DNA from: an uncultured Chlorobiaceae bacterium
Lineage (GTDB): Bacteria; Bacteroidota; Chlorobiia; Chlorobiales; Chlorobiaceae
NCBI GenBank assembly: GCA_903928225.1
Contig: CAIYPU010000130.1
Location: forward strand, 1,536-65,535
Direction of reading: 5' to 3'
DNA: 64,000 nucleotides
Shown piece by piece: positions 40,603 through 50,635 of the stretch. The notes below the pieces were generated by a model. It was not told the DNA's origin. It made no database searches and worked only from the letters and a program-made list of their open reading frames with translations. Each line of letters begins with the position of its first letter. Position 1 is the first letter of the stretch. Both the position numbers and the translations under genes were made by a program.

Positions 40603-42978
40603 TCACTTGAGTTCAACTACGGTCACGCCGGAACCGCCCTCGTCCCACTCTCCGAGACGGAAGTTTTTCACCGACGGGTGCTGCTGCAGGAAATCCGCCG
40701 TTCTCTGCCGGAGAGCTCCCGACCCTTTCCCGTGGACTATGATGCCCGATCGGATACCGTTCAGTCTCATGGAGTCGATGAAACGGTCGATCTTCATGAT
40801 AGCTTCATCACCGGCAAGTCCCCGCAGATCGAGCCTCGTCGATTCGAATACGCCGGAAGCAACCGTCCATGAACTTTTCTTTCCCGGAGATTCTGGAGCT
40901 CTCTGCATTTTCCGCTCCTCTTTCCTTGAAATTTTTTCCAGGTTTCTCATGGAGGTTGTGAGCCTGAAATTTCCACAACGGACAATCGCCGTCTCCCTGC
41001 TCACGCTTTCCACCTCACCCGTGGCGTTCGAATCGAGAAACCTGACCAGGTCGCCTTCACGGATCGACAAATCGCCGGTGAACCGGGTTTCGTCATCCAT
41101 CTCTTCCGCCTTCTTTCCCGCATCCTGAATCTTCCGACCGAGCTTTTTTCTCGCTTCACGCACCGCTCCTTCATCGGCAGGAGCGTTTTTCACCTCCTGA
41201 AGGATACCTTTGATTTCTTTTCTGGCATGTTCTACCTCCCGCATGATTTCCCTCGACACCCCAAGCTTCAGCTCCCGCTGCCTGCGAAGAAGCTTCGATT
41301 CTTCCTCACGCATGCTGCGCTCGCGCTCGTCGAGCGCGGCATTTTCCTCGCCGAGCCGTTTGCGCAGGGAGCGGTTTTCTTCGAGCATCGACTTGAGGTC
41401 ATCGAGCATCGTTTCAAGCCCGATTTTCTCACCGTGCATATACCCCGCGGCCCGCTCAATCATCTTTTCCGGAAAGCCCATCCGTTTCATCATGGCGAAA
41501 GCGAAGCTGTTGCCTGGCAAACCCTTGATGAACCTGAAGGTCGGCTGTAGCCCGGTGCGGTCGAACTCCATGGCGCCGTTCAGCACCCCCTCCCGTTCAT
41601 GCGCATATGCCTTGAGCTCGCCGATGTGCGTCGTCACCACACACTTGCAGCCCCTTTCAAGCAGCTCCTCGATAATGGCACGCGCAATCGCGCCGCCTTC
41701 CTCGACATCGGTCCCTGCGCAGAGCTCGTCGACAAGCACGAGGTCCCGGCTCCCGGCAGACCCGATGATCTTCCTGATCTCTTCAAGATGGGAACTGAAT
41801 GTCGACAGATCGTTATCGATGGACTGGTCGTCTCCGATTTCAATAAAAATGTTGCTGAAAAGCGGAAAAACCGAACTTTCGCTGCAAGGGGGAAGGTAGC
41901 CGTGGAGCAGCATGCAGCAGAGCAGTCCGGCGGTTTTCATGGCGACGGTCTTGCCTCCTGCGTTCGGCCCGGAGATGACCAGCACATGCTCCTCTTCCCC
42001 GAGATCAAGGTCCAGGGGGACCACCTTCTTGTCACGGTGCGAAATGAGCAGCCACGGATGGTAGCCCCTGACAATTCGCAGGATGCGGTCCGTTGAAATC
42101 GCCGGCAGCACGCCCCCGATTTCGACGGCGAAACGCCCCCTGGCATAGATGGAATCGAATTCAGAAAGCAGGCTTTCGTTATGCCTGATGTTTTCCAGTT
42201 CGGCACGCAGTTTTCCGGAAACCTCCCTGAGGATCCTTTCGATTTCCCTGCGCTCGGCTATCTGCAGATGCTGAATCCTGTTGCTGAGCTCAAGCGTTTC
42301 GCCCGGCTCGATAAAAACCGTCTGCCCGGAACCGGAATAATCCTGGATGTAGCCGCTCAGCCTGTGCTTGTATTCGACCTTCAGAGCGAGCGTGAGCCGG
42401 CCGTTCTTCACGGCGACGACATCCTCCATGAGCCATCCGTTGGCGGAACAGTGCCTCAGCAGGCGCTCCATCTTCCTGCGAACCTGTTCCCTTCCTTCAC
42501 CGAGCTCCCTGCGAATCAGGTAAAGCGCATCACTTGCCGTATCCCTCACATTGCCCTGCTCATCGATCACCACACGGATAGCCGCCTGCAGGCTCCGCTC
42601 CAGCCAGATGGCGATGGTAAGGTCATTGAGCCGTGGATAGACCTCCCGGTTCTGGAACATGAACTTGCGGAGCTGGACCGAAGCATGGAGAAGCTGGAAA
42701 ACATCCTGCAGTTCCTCAGGCTCGAGCGAACTGTCGAGGATCTCGAGTTTTTTCAGGTGCGGCCTCGTATCGGGCAGGAAAGAAAACGGAAGCGAAAGGC
42801 CTTCCATCAGCATGTTCCTCAGTTCAAGCACTCTCTCGAGTTCTTCTGTCAGCGCCTCCCTTTCCTGGAGCGGGTGCGATGCGAGCAGCCGGTCGCTGCC
42901 CATCGGTGAAAGGGCAAAACGCGCGGCGTAAGCGACGACCCGGTCAAATTCCAGTTTTTTCAGTGTAAGTGCGTTCAT
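40603..42978 (-). CDS. mutS2: Endonuclease MutS2 (MutS domain V ATPase plus C-terminal Smr domain)
   Basis: The ORF runs 40603..43050 and the likely start is MNALTLKKLEF at 42978. It has Walker A (GPNAGGKT), DELCAGTD and a C-terminal Smr domain (LDLRGL...IVHGKGSGALR). Confidence 0.92.
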   Translation of the reverse strand: MNALTLKKLEFDRVVAYAARFALSPMGSDRLLASHPLQEREALTEELERVLELRNMLMEGLSLPFSFLPDTRPHLKKLEILDSSLEPEELQDVFQLLHASVQLRKFMFQNREVYPRLNDLTIAIWLERSLQAAIRVVIDEQGNVRDTASDALYLIRRELGEGREQVRRKMERLLRHCSANGWLMEDVVAVKNGRLTLALKVEYKHRLSGYIQDYSGSGQTVFIEPGETLELSNRIQHLQIAERREIERILREVSGKLRAELENIRHNESLLSEFDSIYARGRFAVEIGGVLPAISTDRILRIVRGYHPWLLISHRDKKVVPLDLDLGEEEHVLVISGPNAGGKTVAMKTAGLLCCMLLHGYLPPCSESSVFPLFSNIFIEIGDDQSIDNDLSTFSSHLEEIRKIIGSAGSRDLVLVDELCAGTDVEEGGAIARAIIEELLERGCKCVVTTHIGELKAYAHEREGVLNGAMEFDRTGLQPTFRFIKGLPGNSFAFAMMKRMGFPEKMIERAAGYMHGEKIGLETMLDDLKSMLEENRSLRKRLGEENAALDERERSMREEESKLLRRQRELKLGVSREIMREVEHARKEIKGILQEVKNAPADEGAVREARKKLGRKIQDAGKKAEEMDDETRFTGDLSIREGDLVRFLDSNATGEVESVSRETAIVRCGNFRLTTSMRNLEKISRKEERKMQRAPESPGKKSSWTVASGVFESTRLDLRGLAGDEAIMKIDRFIDSMRLNGIRSGIIVHGKGSGALRQRTADFLQQHPSVKNFRLGEWDEGGSGVTVVELK

Positions 42979-43229
42979 AGACAACATCCGTGATCCCTGA
43001 ATACTTGATACAATTTCCCATTCATCCGCCGTAAACATAAACAACGGCAACGGGCTTTCAAACGGTCATCAATAACGGGAAATTTTCATTGTGGCCGGGT
43101 ATTTTCCGGGTGTAACGGAATCAATAACCGGAACAAAACCGTTCATGAACATACCTGGCAGCAGGACACCTCATTGAACGGCACCGTTCTTTATTGCGGA
43201 AAATCCCGGTGCAAGCCGGACAAAGTCAA

Positions 43230-43269
43230 GGGCAACAGGGCTTCGGAACAGAAATTAAGAGTGTTGCCC
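43230..43269 (+). repeat. Fragment of the ~125-nt repeat family (copy C) embedded in a hairpin
   Basis: GGGCAACA-GGGCTTCGGAACAGAAATTAAGAG-TGTTGCCC. The core CAACAGGGCTTCGGAACAGA matches 23033..23053 of copy A, and 8-bp flanking arms form a stem. Confidence 0.6.
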
Positions 43270-43287
43270 TCACAAACCGGAGACGTC

Positions 43288-43504
43288 ATGGCACGGACCG
43301 TCACCCTGAAAAGATCGCCCGGTCAAAGCGTTCACCTGCCGCACCTTCAATTTCTGCCTCGATTTTCTGACCATCTATCTGTTCACGGGAAAGGTGCGGC
43401 TCGCACTCGGCTTCATGATCGTGAGCCACATCTGCACTTCCGCCGGGTATTTCCTGCATGAACGGATATGGAACCGGTTACGCCGGGGTATCGGCAACGG
43501 ATGA
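43288..43504 (+). pseudogene. DUF2061-family small membrane protein, apparently interrupted by a 1-nt frameshift near 43317-43323
   Basis: Frame 1 from the ATG at 43288 reads MARTVTLKRSPGQS. Frame 2 (43310..43504, no start codon after a TGA) reads [64 protein letters not shown], the DUF2061 pattern (KA.SWR...YL.TG...Y..HER.W). Deleting one G in CCCGGTC would join them into MARTVTLKRSPVKAFTCR... Confidence 0.5.
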
Positions 43505-43617
43505 AGAGCGTTATCTCTTTTATCTTTTTTTCATTACCTTCGCTTTACAAGCGGACCGGATGCGGAGCGGGACGGTTACTACTGAGCATAACTATCAACG
43601 GTTCATCGAAAATCATC

Positions 43618-44328
43618 ATGAGACTGGCAGTCAATATAGATCATATCGCCACCCTGAGGAATGCAAGGGGGGAAGGAGTCCCCGATCCGGTTGAAGGAGC
43701 GCTGCTCGCCGAAAAAAACGGTGCGGCTGGCATCGTGTGCCACCTGCGTGAGGACCGCCGGCACATCAAGGACGAAGACCTCAGGAACCTCAGGGCGTCA
43801 GTTACGACGAAGCTCGACCTGGAAATGGCCATGACGCCTGAAATGCAGGCGATCGCGCTGCGCACGAAACCGGAGCTCATCACGCTGGTCCCTGAAAAAA
43901 GGGAAGAGCTGACTACCGAGGGAGGGTTCAATATCACCGCCCGGTTCGCAGCCCTTGCTGAATTCATCAAACCCTTCAAGGGAAGCGGCATTGAAGTGAG
44001 CATGTTCATCGAACCGGAAAAACATGCCATCGATCTTTCGCTTGAGGCAGGCGCCGACCTTGTCGAGCTGCATACCGGAAAATATGCACTGCAGACCGAC
44101 AGTGCAGAGACAGAACTCGAGTTCCGCAGGATTATGGAGGCGGCATCCTATGCGAAAAGCATCGGACTGAAAGTCGTTGCTGGTCACGGTCTCAACTACG
44201 GCAACATCGCGCCGTTCAGGGAAATCCCGGAAATCGAGGAAGTGAGTATCGGCCACGCCATCATCTCCCGTGCCGTCATGACGGGGCTCGGCGAAGCGGT
44301 CCGGGAAATGCTGGGCCTGATCCGATGA
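43618..44328 (+). CDS. pdxJ: Pyridoxine 5'-phosphate synthase
   Basis: The ORF runs 43468..44328 and the ATG at 43618 gives [18 protein letters not shown]. It also has HLREDRRHI and VSIGHAII. Confidence 0.93.
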   Translation: MRLAVNIDHIATLRNARGEGVPDPVEGALLAEKNGAAGIVCHLREDRRHIKDEDLRNLRASVTTKLDLEMAMTPEMQAIALRTKPELITLVPEKREELTTEGGFNITARFAALAEFIKPFKGSGIEVSMFIEPEKHAIDLSLEAGADLVELHTGKYALQTDSAETELEFRRIMEAASYAKSIGLKVVAGHGLNYGNIAPFREIPEIEEVSIGHAIISRAVMTGLGEAVREMLGLIR

Positions 44329-45047
44329 ACACGATGGCGACACCTGGGACGCAAAAGATCACGATCGTCCTTGCTACGGGAAACCGCGACAAGGTCCGCG
44401 AAATGCGTCCTCTTCTTGAACATATTTCGCCGCTCGTCGAAGTTGCCTGCCTGAGGGAACTCGGCGCAGAAATCGAGGTTGAAGAAACCGAAAAAACCCT
44501 CGAAGGAAATGCTCTGCTCAAGGCAAGGGCCATATTCCAGCATCTTTCGGGACGCCTGGGGCATATGATAGCCCTTGCCGACGACACCGGGCTCGAAGTC
44601 GCAGCGCTGGATGGAGCTCCCGGAGTCTACTCCGCCAGGTTCGCCCCGATGCCGGAAGGTGTGGCCCCGGCTTATGAAGACAATGTCCGTTACCTGCTCG
44701 AACGCATGCAGGGAATCACCGACCGCACCGCCAGCTTCCGCACCGTCATCGCCATGAAAGGATGCATCCCTTCCCGGGAAGGGGATTTCTCATTTGAACA
44801 AACTTCGGAAGGATCGGTAAATGGAACGATAGCCCTCGAAAGGAAAGGTACGGAAGGCTTCGGTTACGACCCGGTCTTCGTCGTGGACGGCAGGGGCCGG
44901 TCCTATGCCGAAATGGGTATGAATGAAAAAAATACGCTGAGCCACCGGGCACTGGCCGTGAAACAGGCCATGGCTGACCTGAAAATACTATTCCAGACGC
45001 TCGAGATCCCCGCAAAGCTATCCACCGATACCAATGAACCTCGCTGA
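44325..45047 (+). CDS. rdgB: dITP/XTP pyrophosphatase (Ham1/RdgB family)
   Basis: 240-aa ORF with an ATGA start/stop overlap with pdxJ. It has [28 protein letters not shown] and GFGYDPVF. Confidence 0.88.
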   Translation: MNTMATPGTQKITIVLATGNRDKVREMRPLLEHISPLVEVACLRELGAEIEVEETEKTLEGNALLKARAIFQHLSGRLGHMIALADDTGLEVAALDGAPGVYSARFAPMPEGVAPAYEDNVRYLLERMQGITDRTASFRTVIAMKGCIPSREGDFSFEQTSEGSVNGTIALERKGTEGFGYDPVFVVDGRGRSYAEMGMNEKNTLSHRALAVKQAMADLKILFQTLEIPAKLSTDTNEPR

Positions 45048-45882
45048 AGCAGCCCTTATCGGCCTTGTCCAGGGCCTTACCGAATTTCTTCCTGTCAGCA
45101 GCACGGCCCACATCAGGCTCATACCGGCTCTTGCAGGATGGGAAGATCCCGGGGCCGCCTTTACCGCCATTATCCAGCTCGGTACCCTTGCCGCCGTGCT
45201 GCTTTATTTCCGCAGGGATATTTTCGTCATCACTCGAGCCGTCATCCTCGGGATGCTCCATGGAAAACCGCTCGAGAGCCCCGAATCGAAAACAGGCTGG
45301 ATGATCGCGGCCGGCACGCTTCCCATCGTCGTTTTCGGACTGCTCTTCAAAACTCAGATAGAAACGAGCCTCCGATCCCTCTACTGGATCAGTGGAGCAC
45401 TCATCCTGCTCGCCTTCGCGCTTATCCTGGCCGAACAGAAAATCAAGAACCGCATGGAAAAGGGGCTTCCGCTGAAATCCATGGAAGATATCGGATGGAA
45501 AGAAGCTATTCTGATCGGTCTGGCACAGAGCATCGCCCTTATTCCGGGCTCGTCCCGGTCAGGAGTGACCATTACCGGCGGACTGCTCGCAAACCTCGAC
45601 CGTTCATCAGCCGCCCGTTTTTCCTTCCTGATCTCTCTTCCATCGGTATTTGCAGCGGCGGTCCTTGAATTTTACCATACGTGGCACGGCATCGCATCTT
45701 CCCCGGCCAATGCGGCAAACCTTGCCGTCGCGACAATTATTTCCGGCATATCGGGATACCTGTCGATAGCCTTTCTGATCAACTACCTGAAAAAGCATAC
45801 GACCACCATTTTCATCGTTTACCGTATTGCTGCAGGCACGGGCATCCTTGCACTGATCTCCTCAGGCATGCTGAAACCCTGA
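45034..45882 (+). CDS. uppP: Undecaprenyl-diphosphate phosphatase
   Basis: 282-aa polytopic ORF with GLVQGLTEFLPVSSTAHI and PGSSRSGVTITGG, the BacA/UppP signatures. It overlaps the rdgB stop by 14 nt. Confidence 0.92.
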   Translation: MNLAEAALIGLVQGLTEFLPVSSTAHIRLIPALAGWEDPGAAFTAIIQLGTLAAVLLYFRRDIFVITRAVILGMLHGKPLESPESKTGWMIAAGTLPIVVFGLLFKTQIETSLRSLYWISGALILLAFALILAEQKIKNRMEKGLPLKSMEDIGWKEAILIGLAQSIALIPGSSRSGVTITGGLLANLDRSSAARFSFLISLPSVFAAAVLEFYHTWHGIASSPANAANLAVATIISGISGYLSIAFLINYLKKHTTTIFIVYRIAAGTGILALISSGMLKP

Positions 45883-46071
45883 ATGCACCGGAACAACCCC
45901 TTTCCGCCCATTCGCCTTATAATCAAGGTTTCAATACTCCTTCGGGATGGTTTGATACCTTTTGCACGAAGCAACTTTTTAATCCGAAAAATTATTCTCT
46001 TTTCTCTGAAACGGACCCGTTATTTTTGTTATATACAAGAATGATAAAATCAACCTTATAACCTGTCAGCC

Positions 46072-46932
46072 ATGCCGTACAGCTCATCAGGCGTAGGGCA
46101 TAATGGCTTTGAAAAAGCAGACTTACATATACACACAAAATGTTCGGATGGACTCTTCACTCCTGAAGAAATCGTCGAAAAAGCGGCACATGCGGGATTG
46201 AAGGCCATCAGCATCACTGACCATGACTCTGTTTTAGGGATCGACAAAGCAAAGCCATTAGCCTTGGACAAAGGCGTAGAGCTTATTCCGGGTGTAGAAA
46301 TGAGCTCGACCTACAAGGGCTATGATATCCATGTCCTTGGTTACTTTTTCAACTATCAGCACTCCGAGCTGAAAAGTTATCTTGACCATTGCCGTCGGCT
46401 TCGCACAGAAAGGGCTGAGCGCATGGTCAACAAGCTCGCCAGGATGGGCGTGAAGATCGGTATCGAACAGATCATCACCAAAGCCCAGAACGGAAGCGTC
46501 GGAAGGCCGCATATCGCAGCCGTTCTCCAGGACGTCGGTTATGTGAAAAGCTTCAGCGAGGCTTTCAGCAAGTATCTCGGCGCCCATAGTCCGGCTTATG
46601 TCAAAAGCATTGAAACGCATCCCGGTGAAGTGATCAGGCTGATCAACGAGGCCGGAGGCTTGTCATTCCTTGCCCACCCGGCACAGAATGTTCCCGATGA
46701 GACACTGAAGCAGCTCATAACATTCGGCCTTGACGGAATCGAGATCGTCCATCCTTCTCACGATACGTACAAACAGAACTACTACAGGGAAATCGCCAAC
46801 GAGTATTTCCTGCTTTTTTCCGGCGGCTCCGATTATCACGGATTGAAGGAGCGTGATGAAGATACGTTCGGCAGGGTTACCATACCCTACCAGTGGGTGA
46901 CGAAAATGAAATGCAGGCTGGTAAATGCCTGA
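46072..46932 (+). CDS. PHP-domain metal-dependent phosphoesterase (TrpH/YciV-like)
   Basis: 286-aa ORF with ADLHIHTKCSDG, ISITDHDS, AHP and GGSDYHG motifs. Confidence 0.85.
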   Translation: MPYSSSGVGHNGFEKADLHIHTKCSDGLFTPEEIVEKAAHAGLKAISITDHDSVLGIDKAKPLALDKGVELIPGVEMSSTYKGYDIHVLGYFFNYQHSELKSYLDHCRRLRTERAERMVNKLARMGVKIGIEQIITKAQNGSVGRPHIAAVLQDVGYVKSFSEAFSKYLGAHSPAYVKSIETHPGEVIRLINEAGGLSFLAHPAQNVPDETLKQLITFGLDGIEIVHPSHDTYKQNYYREIANEYFLLFSGGSDYHGLKERDEDTFGRVTIPYQWVTKMKCRLVNA

Positions 46933-47029
46933 AAACAAGTGATTTGCCTTTTCATGAAGTTTTGCTATTATTTGAGCGTATTTTTCAGGCCGCGCAGCAT
47001 ACTTGTTTCGCCCTTACCATCTATTCTCT

Positions 47030-47824
47030 ATGCATTTGACTATTGCTCGGAACCTGTACAAACAGATGATCTTCGACCTGAAAGCGTTCCTGCTCAACAT
47101 CCAGGAATTTTTTTTCTTTTCAGTCAGGGCGTTTGTGACTTTTCCGAAAGTACGGACATACTGGCGCGACGTTCTCGACCAGATGACCATCTGCGGAACC
47201 GATTCCATTCCGATCGTGCTGGTCAGTTCCATATCCATAGGCGCACTGCTTGCCATAGAAGTGGGAAACCTGCTTGAGGACTTCGGCGCGAAAACCATGC
47301 TCGGACGGTCGACGTCGATATCTGTTATTCGTGAGCTCGGTCCGCTGCTCATGGGCCTCATGCTTTCCGCAAGGTTCGGTTCACGCAACGGAGCAGAGCT
47401 CGGAGCAATGAAAATATCCGAACAGATCGATGCGCTCCGGGCTTTCGGCACCGATCCCGTGGCCAAGCTCGTCATGCCGAGGCTTGTAGCCGCGCTGATC
47501 ATGTTCTTCCCGCTGACCGCACTTTCAGATTACGCAGGCCTGCACAGCGCCGCTTATCTCGCCGAACATTACCACAAGCTCGATCCGGGCATTTTCTGGA
47601 ATTCGGTCTACCCGAGGCTTCTGCCGAAGGATTTTGTCGTAGGGTTCCTCAAGGCTCCGGTGTTTGCCATCATCATTACGCTTGTCAGCAGCTTCAACGG
47701 ATTTTCCGCCAGGGGAGGAACAGCCGGAGTCGGACGATCTACCATCAAGGGGATCGTCGTCTCTTCAGGGCTTGTGCTGGTCGCGAATTTCTATGTTTCC
47801 AAAATAGTTCTGGAGAACATGTAG
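47030..47824 (+). CDS. mlaE: MlaE-family ABC transporter permease
   Basis: The ORF runs 47003..47824 (TTG) and the ATG is at 47030. The sequence MKISEQIDALRAFGTDPVAKLV is diagnostic of MlaE/Ttg2B permeases. Confidence 0.85.
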   Translation: MHLTIARNLYKQMIFDLKAFLLNIQEFFFFSVRAFVTFPKVRTYWRDVLDQMTICGTDSIPIVLVSSISIGALLAIEVGNLLEDFGAKTMLGRSTSISVIRELGPLLMGLMLSARFGSRNGAELGAMKISEQIDALRAFGTDPVAKLVMPRLVAALIMFFPLTALSDYAGLHSAAYLAEHYHKLDPGIFWNSVYPRLLPKDFVVGFLKAPVFAIIITLVSSFNGFSARGGTAGVGRSTIKGIVVSSGLVLVANFYVSKIVLENM

Positions 47825-47828
47825 CACC

Positions 47829-48563
47829 ATGATCGAGCTGAAAAACGTCTGCCTGAGTTACGGAGAGAAACTGATACTGAAAAACGTCTCCCTCAAGGTC
47901 CAGGACAACACCATCAAAGCTATCCTCGGCCCCAGCGGTGTCGGAAAAAGCACCATTCTCAAACTCATGCTCGGGCTCATCAAGCCCGACTGCGGAAAAG
48001 TTTTTGTCGACGGGCAGGATATCACGCACATGAAGGAAACCGAGCTTTACGACATACGCCGAAAAATGGGCATGGTATTCCAGGGCAATGCCCTTTTCGA
48101 CTCACTTACCATAAGCGAGAACATCGGATTTTTCCTTCGTGAAAACCTCAAACTGCCTGAAGATCAGGTAAGGAAAAAGGTTCAGGAACAGATCAGCTTC
48201 GCGGGCCTCGAAGGATACGAAGACCTGCTCCCTGAAAGCCTCAGCGGCGGCATGCGCAAAAGGGTGGCGATTGGCAGGGCAATGGTTTTCAACCCGAGGA
48301 TGATCCTTTTTGACGAACCGACCGCCGGTCTGGACCCGGTGAGTTCCAAAAAAATTCTTTCTCTTATCAGCTCCCTCAGGCATACCAGCAACCTCGGAGC
48401 GGTTATCGTCACCCATATCATCGATGATGTCTTCAATGTCGCCGATTGCGTTGCGGTGCTTTACCAGGGAGAGATCATTTTCGACGATGTGACGGAAAAG
48501 CTCCACGACTCGCAGCACCAGTTCATCCGTTCGATACTGTCAGACAAGATTCTCGAATTATAA
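47829..48563 (+). CDS. mlaF: MlaF-type ABC transporter ATP-binding protein
   Basis: 244-aa ORF with Walker A (GPSGVGKST), signature LSGGMRKRV and Walker B (ILFDEPTAGLD). Confidence 0.9.
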   Translation: MIELKNVCLSYGEKLILKNVSLKVQDNTIKAILGPSGVGKSTILKLMLGLIKPDCGKVFVDGQDITHMKETELYDIRRKMGMVFQGNALFDSLTISENIGFFLRENLKLPEDQVRKKVQEQISFAGLEGYEDLLPESLSGGMRKRVAIGRAMVFNPRMILFDEPTAGLDPVSSKKILSLISSLRHTSNLGAVIVTHIIDDVFNVADCVAVLYQGEIIFDDVTEKLHDSQHQFIRSILSDKILEL

Positions 48564-48583
48564 CACCTAATGATTTTTCCTGT

Positions 48584-49462
48584 ATGAAAAACCCGAACGC
48601 TTTGAAATGGAGCGATCTGAAAACCGGCATCTTTTTCATTCTCGGCATCGGTTTTGCAGCGTATCTCGGTATCGTGATCGGCAAGAACACCAATATGTTC
48701 ACCGGTGTCACGACCATCCAGGTCCTTTCGCAGGACATGCAAAGCCTTGCTGAAAACAATTTCGTATCCATTTCAGGAAAGAGGATCGGCACTGTTTCAA
48801 AAATGGGTTTTCTTAACAGGAACGACTCCCTGTTCGTAGTTGCCGAACTGCGGCTGAAGAACGAATTCGCTTCACTCGTCACAAAGGATTCAAGGGCGAC
48901 GATCAAATCCCTCGGCATCCTCGGCGACAAATTCATCGACATCAAGACAGGAAAAGGGGCCAGGGTGAAAAACGGTGATTTTATCGCCCTTCAGACCGAA
49001 GACGGCATGGCCAACCTTACCGACAATGCTGCGGCAGCATTTGAAAAAATCAACGTCCTGCTCGATCAGATCAACAATGGCAAGGGCATGGCCGGCAGGA
49101 TCGTATCCGACGAAAAAATGGGTAAAGATCTTGTCGAAACCGTCGCCAATCTGAAATCGGCGACGACGGAACTTTCGGCTCTTTCGAAAAAAGCTTCGCA
49201 TGGCGAAGGCCTCCTGCCCAAACTCCTGAACGACAAGTCGCTTGCAAACAACACGACACAGACCATCGACCGCCTCAACAAGGCGGCACAACAAACCGAG
49301 CTGCTCATCGGAAAAATCAACGACGACAAGGGGACTCTTGGCCAACTCACCTCTAATCCGGCACTCTACAACAACCTGAGCCATACGCTTACATCGCTTG
49401 ATTCAGTCCTGGTCGACCTGAAACGAAAACCGGGGCGTTACGTGAAATTCTCTCTCTTCTGA
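48584..49462 (+). CDS. mlaD: MlaD/MCE-domain substrate-binding protein
   Basis: The ORF runs 48446..49462 and overlaps mlaF. The ATG at 48584 gives MKNPNALKWSDLKTGIFFILGIGFAAYL (a TM anchor), followed by an MCE domain and a coiled-coil tail. Confidence 0.85.
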   Translation: MKNPNALKWSDLKTGIFFILGIGFAAYLGIVIGKNTNMFTGVTTIQVLSQDMQSLAENNFVSISGKRIGTVSKMGFLNRNDSLFVVAELRLKNEFASLVTKDSRATIKSLGILGDKFIDIKTGKGARVKNGDFIALQTEDGMANLTDNAAAAFEKINVLLDQINNGKGMAGRIVSDEKMGKDLVETVANLKSATTELSALSKKASHGEGLLPKLLNDKSLANNTTQTIDRLNKAAQQTELLIGKINDDKGTLGQLTSNPALYNNLSHTLTSLDSVLVDLKRKPGRYVKFSLF

Positions 49463-49475
49463 CAGGGAAGTCGGC

Positions 49476-50615
49476 ATGCACAGGCATCGGATAATCCTTG
49501 CCGTCAGGACACTCCTTGTTTTCCTGGCCACTATCCTGCCGGGCAAGGCTTTCTGTTCTGACTACAGTGCCCTGCGCACCCTGATCAGGAACGCCATCAG
49601 GGATTCAGTGTTTCCAGGCGCAAGCATCGCCGTTGTCTACGGGAACCACGTCGTTTTCCAAGAGGCGTTCGGCAGGATGACTTACGAGAGTTCAAGCCGT
49701 CCGGCAAGCACGGAAACGCTCTACGACCTCGCATCGCTCACCAAGGCGGTCTGCACGACAAGCATCGTCATGCAGCTCAGCGAACGGGACTCACTTTCAA
49801 TCCAGGCACCCGTCGGCCGCTACCTTCCGGACTTCGCCGCAAACGGCAAAAAAGCGGTCACCCTTGAAAACCTGCTGCGCCATACATCCGGTTTAAGAGC
49901 GCATTCCTATTTCGCGAAAACATGCAGGACCCCGGAGCAGGTTTACCGGGCCATTTACGCCGACACCCTGCTGTGCCCCCCGAACACCGCGACTATTTAC
50001 AGCGACCTCGGGTTCATCACGCTTGGAAAGATCATCGAGACTGTTACCGGAAAAAGCCTCGCATCGAACTTCCACGAACGTTTCGCCGTCCCTCTCGGCA
50101 TGAATTCGACCATGTTCAACCCTCCGCTGTCGCTTGCAGACCGTATCGCGCCGGTTGAACAGGATCATGACTGGCCTCTCTCTACGCCCCGCCCGACGGT
50201 CCACGACCAGAATGCCGCGCTTCTCGGCGGCGCGGCCGGACATGCCGGTCTCTATTCCACTACCGGCGACCTTGCTCGATTCGTCATGATGATCATGAAC
50301 GGAGGGAAACTCGAGGGCAGAACCTATATCGGGGGAACAACCCTCGGCAAATTCCTCTCCCATCCCGAAGGAGTCAGGGCGCTCGGCTGGGATGTCCGGT
50401 CACCCGGAAGCAGTTCGTCAGCCGGAACAATTTTCTCTGCCGCATCCTACGGGCACCTCGGCTATACCGGCACCAGCATCTGGATCGATCCGACAAAAAA
50501 CCTTGCCGTCATTTTCCTCTGCAACAGGGTTTATCCTACGTCAGAGAATATCAAAATCCGCAAGTTCCGTCCCGTACTGCACGACACTGTCGTCAGATGC
50601 CTCGGTATCCGGTAA
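49476..50615 (+). CDS. Serine hydrolase, beta-lactamase/transpeptidase-like (class C/esterase family)
   Basis: 379-aa ORF with a signal peptide, an SxxK motif (ASLTKAV), YSDLGF and a late HLGYTGT motif. Confidence 0.85.
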   Translation: MHRHRIILAVRTLLVFLATILPGKAFCSDYSALRTLIRNAIRDSVFPGASIAVVYGNHVVFQEAFGRMTYESSSRPASTETLYDLASLTKAVCTTSIVMQLSERDSLSIQAPVGRYLPDFAANGKKAVTLENLLRHTSGLRAHSYFAKTCRTPEQVYRAIYADTLLCPPNTATIYSDLGFITLGKIIETVTGKSLASNFHERFAVPLGMNSTMFNPPLSLADRIAPVEQDHDWPLSTPRPTVHDQNAALLGGAAGHAGLYSTTGDLARFVMMIMNGGKLEGRTYIGGTTLGKFLSHPEGVRALGWDVRSPGSSSSAGTIFSAASYGHLGYTGTSIWIDPTKNLAVIFLCNRVYPTSENIKIRKFRPVLHDTVVRCLGIR

Positions 50616-50635
50616 CCTGCAGGAAATTCTGTTTT

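Noticed and set aside
43174-43461. 95-aa plus-strand ORF in the mutS2-pdxJ spacer.
   Set aside because: Its translation has no protein-like features beyond the first 10 codons after Met-39. The overlapping frame carries a clear DUF2061 signature, so the locus is better explained as a frameshifted DUF2061 gene.
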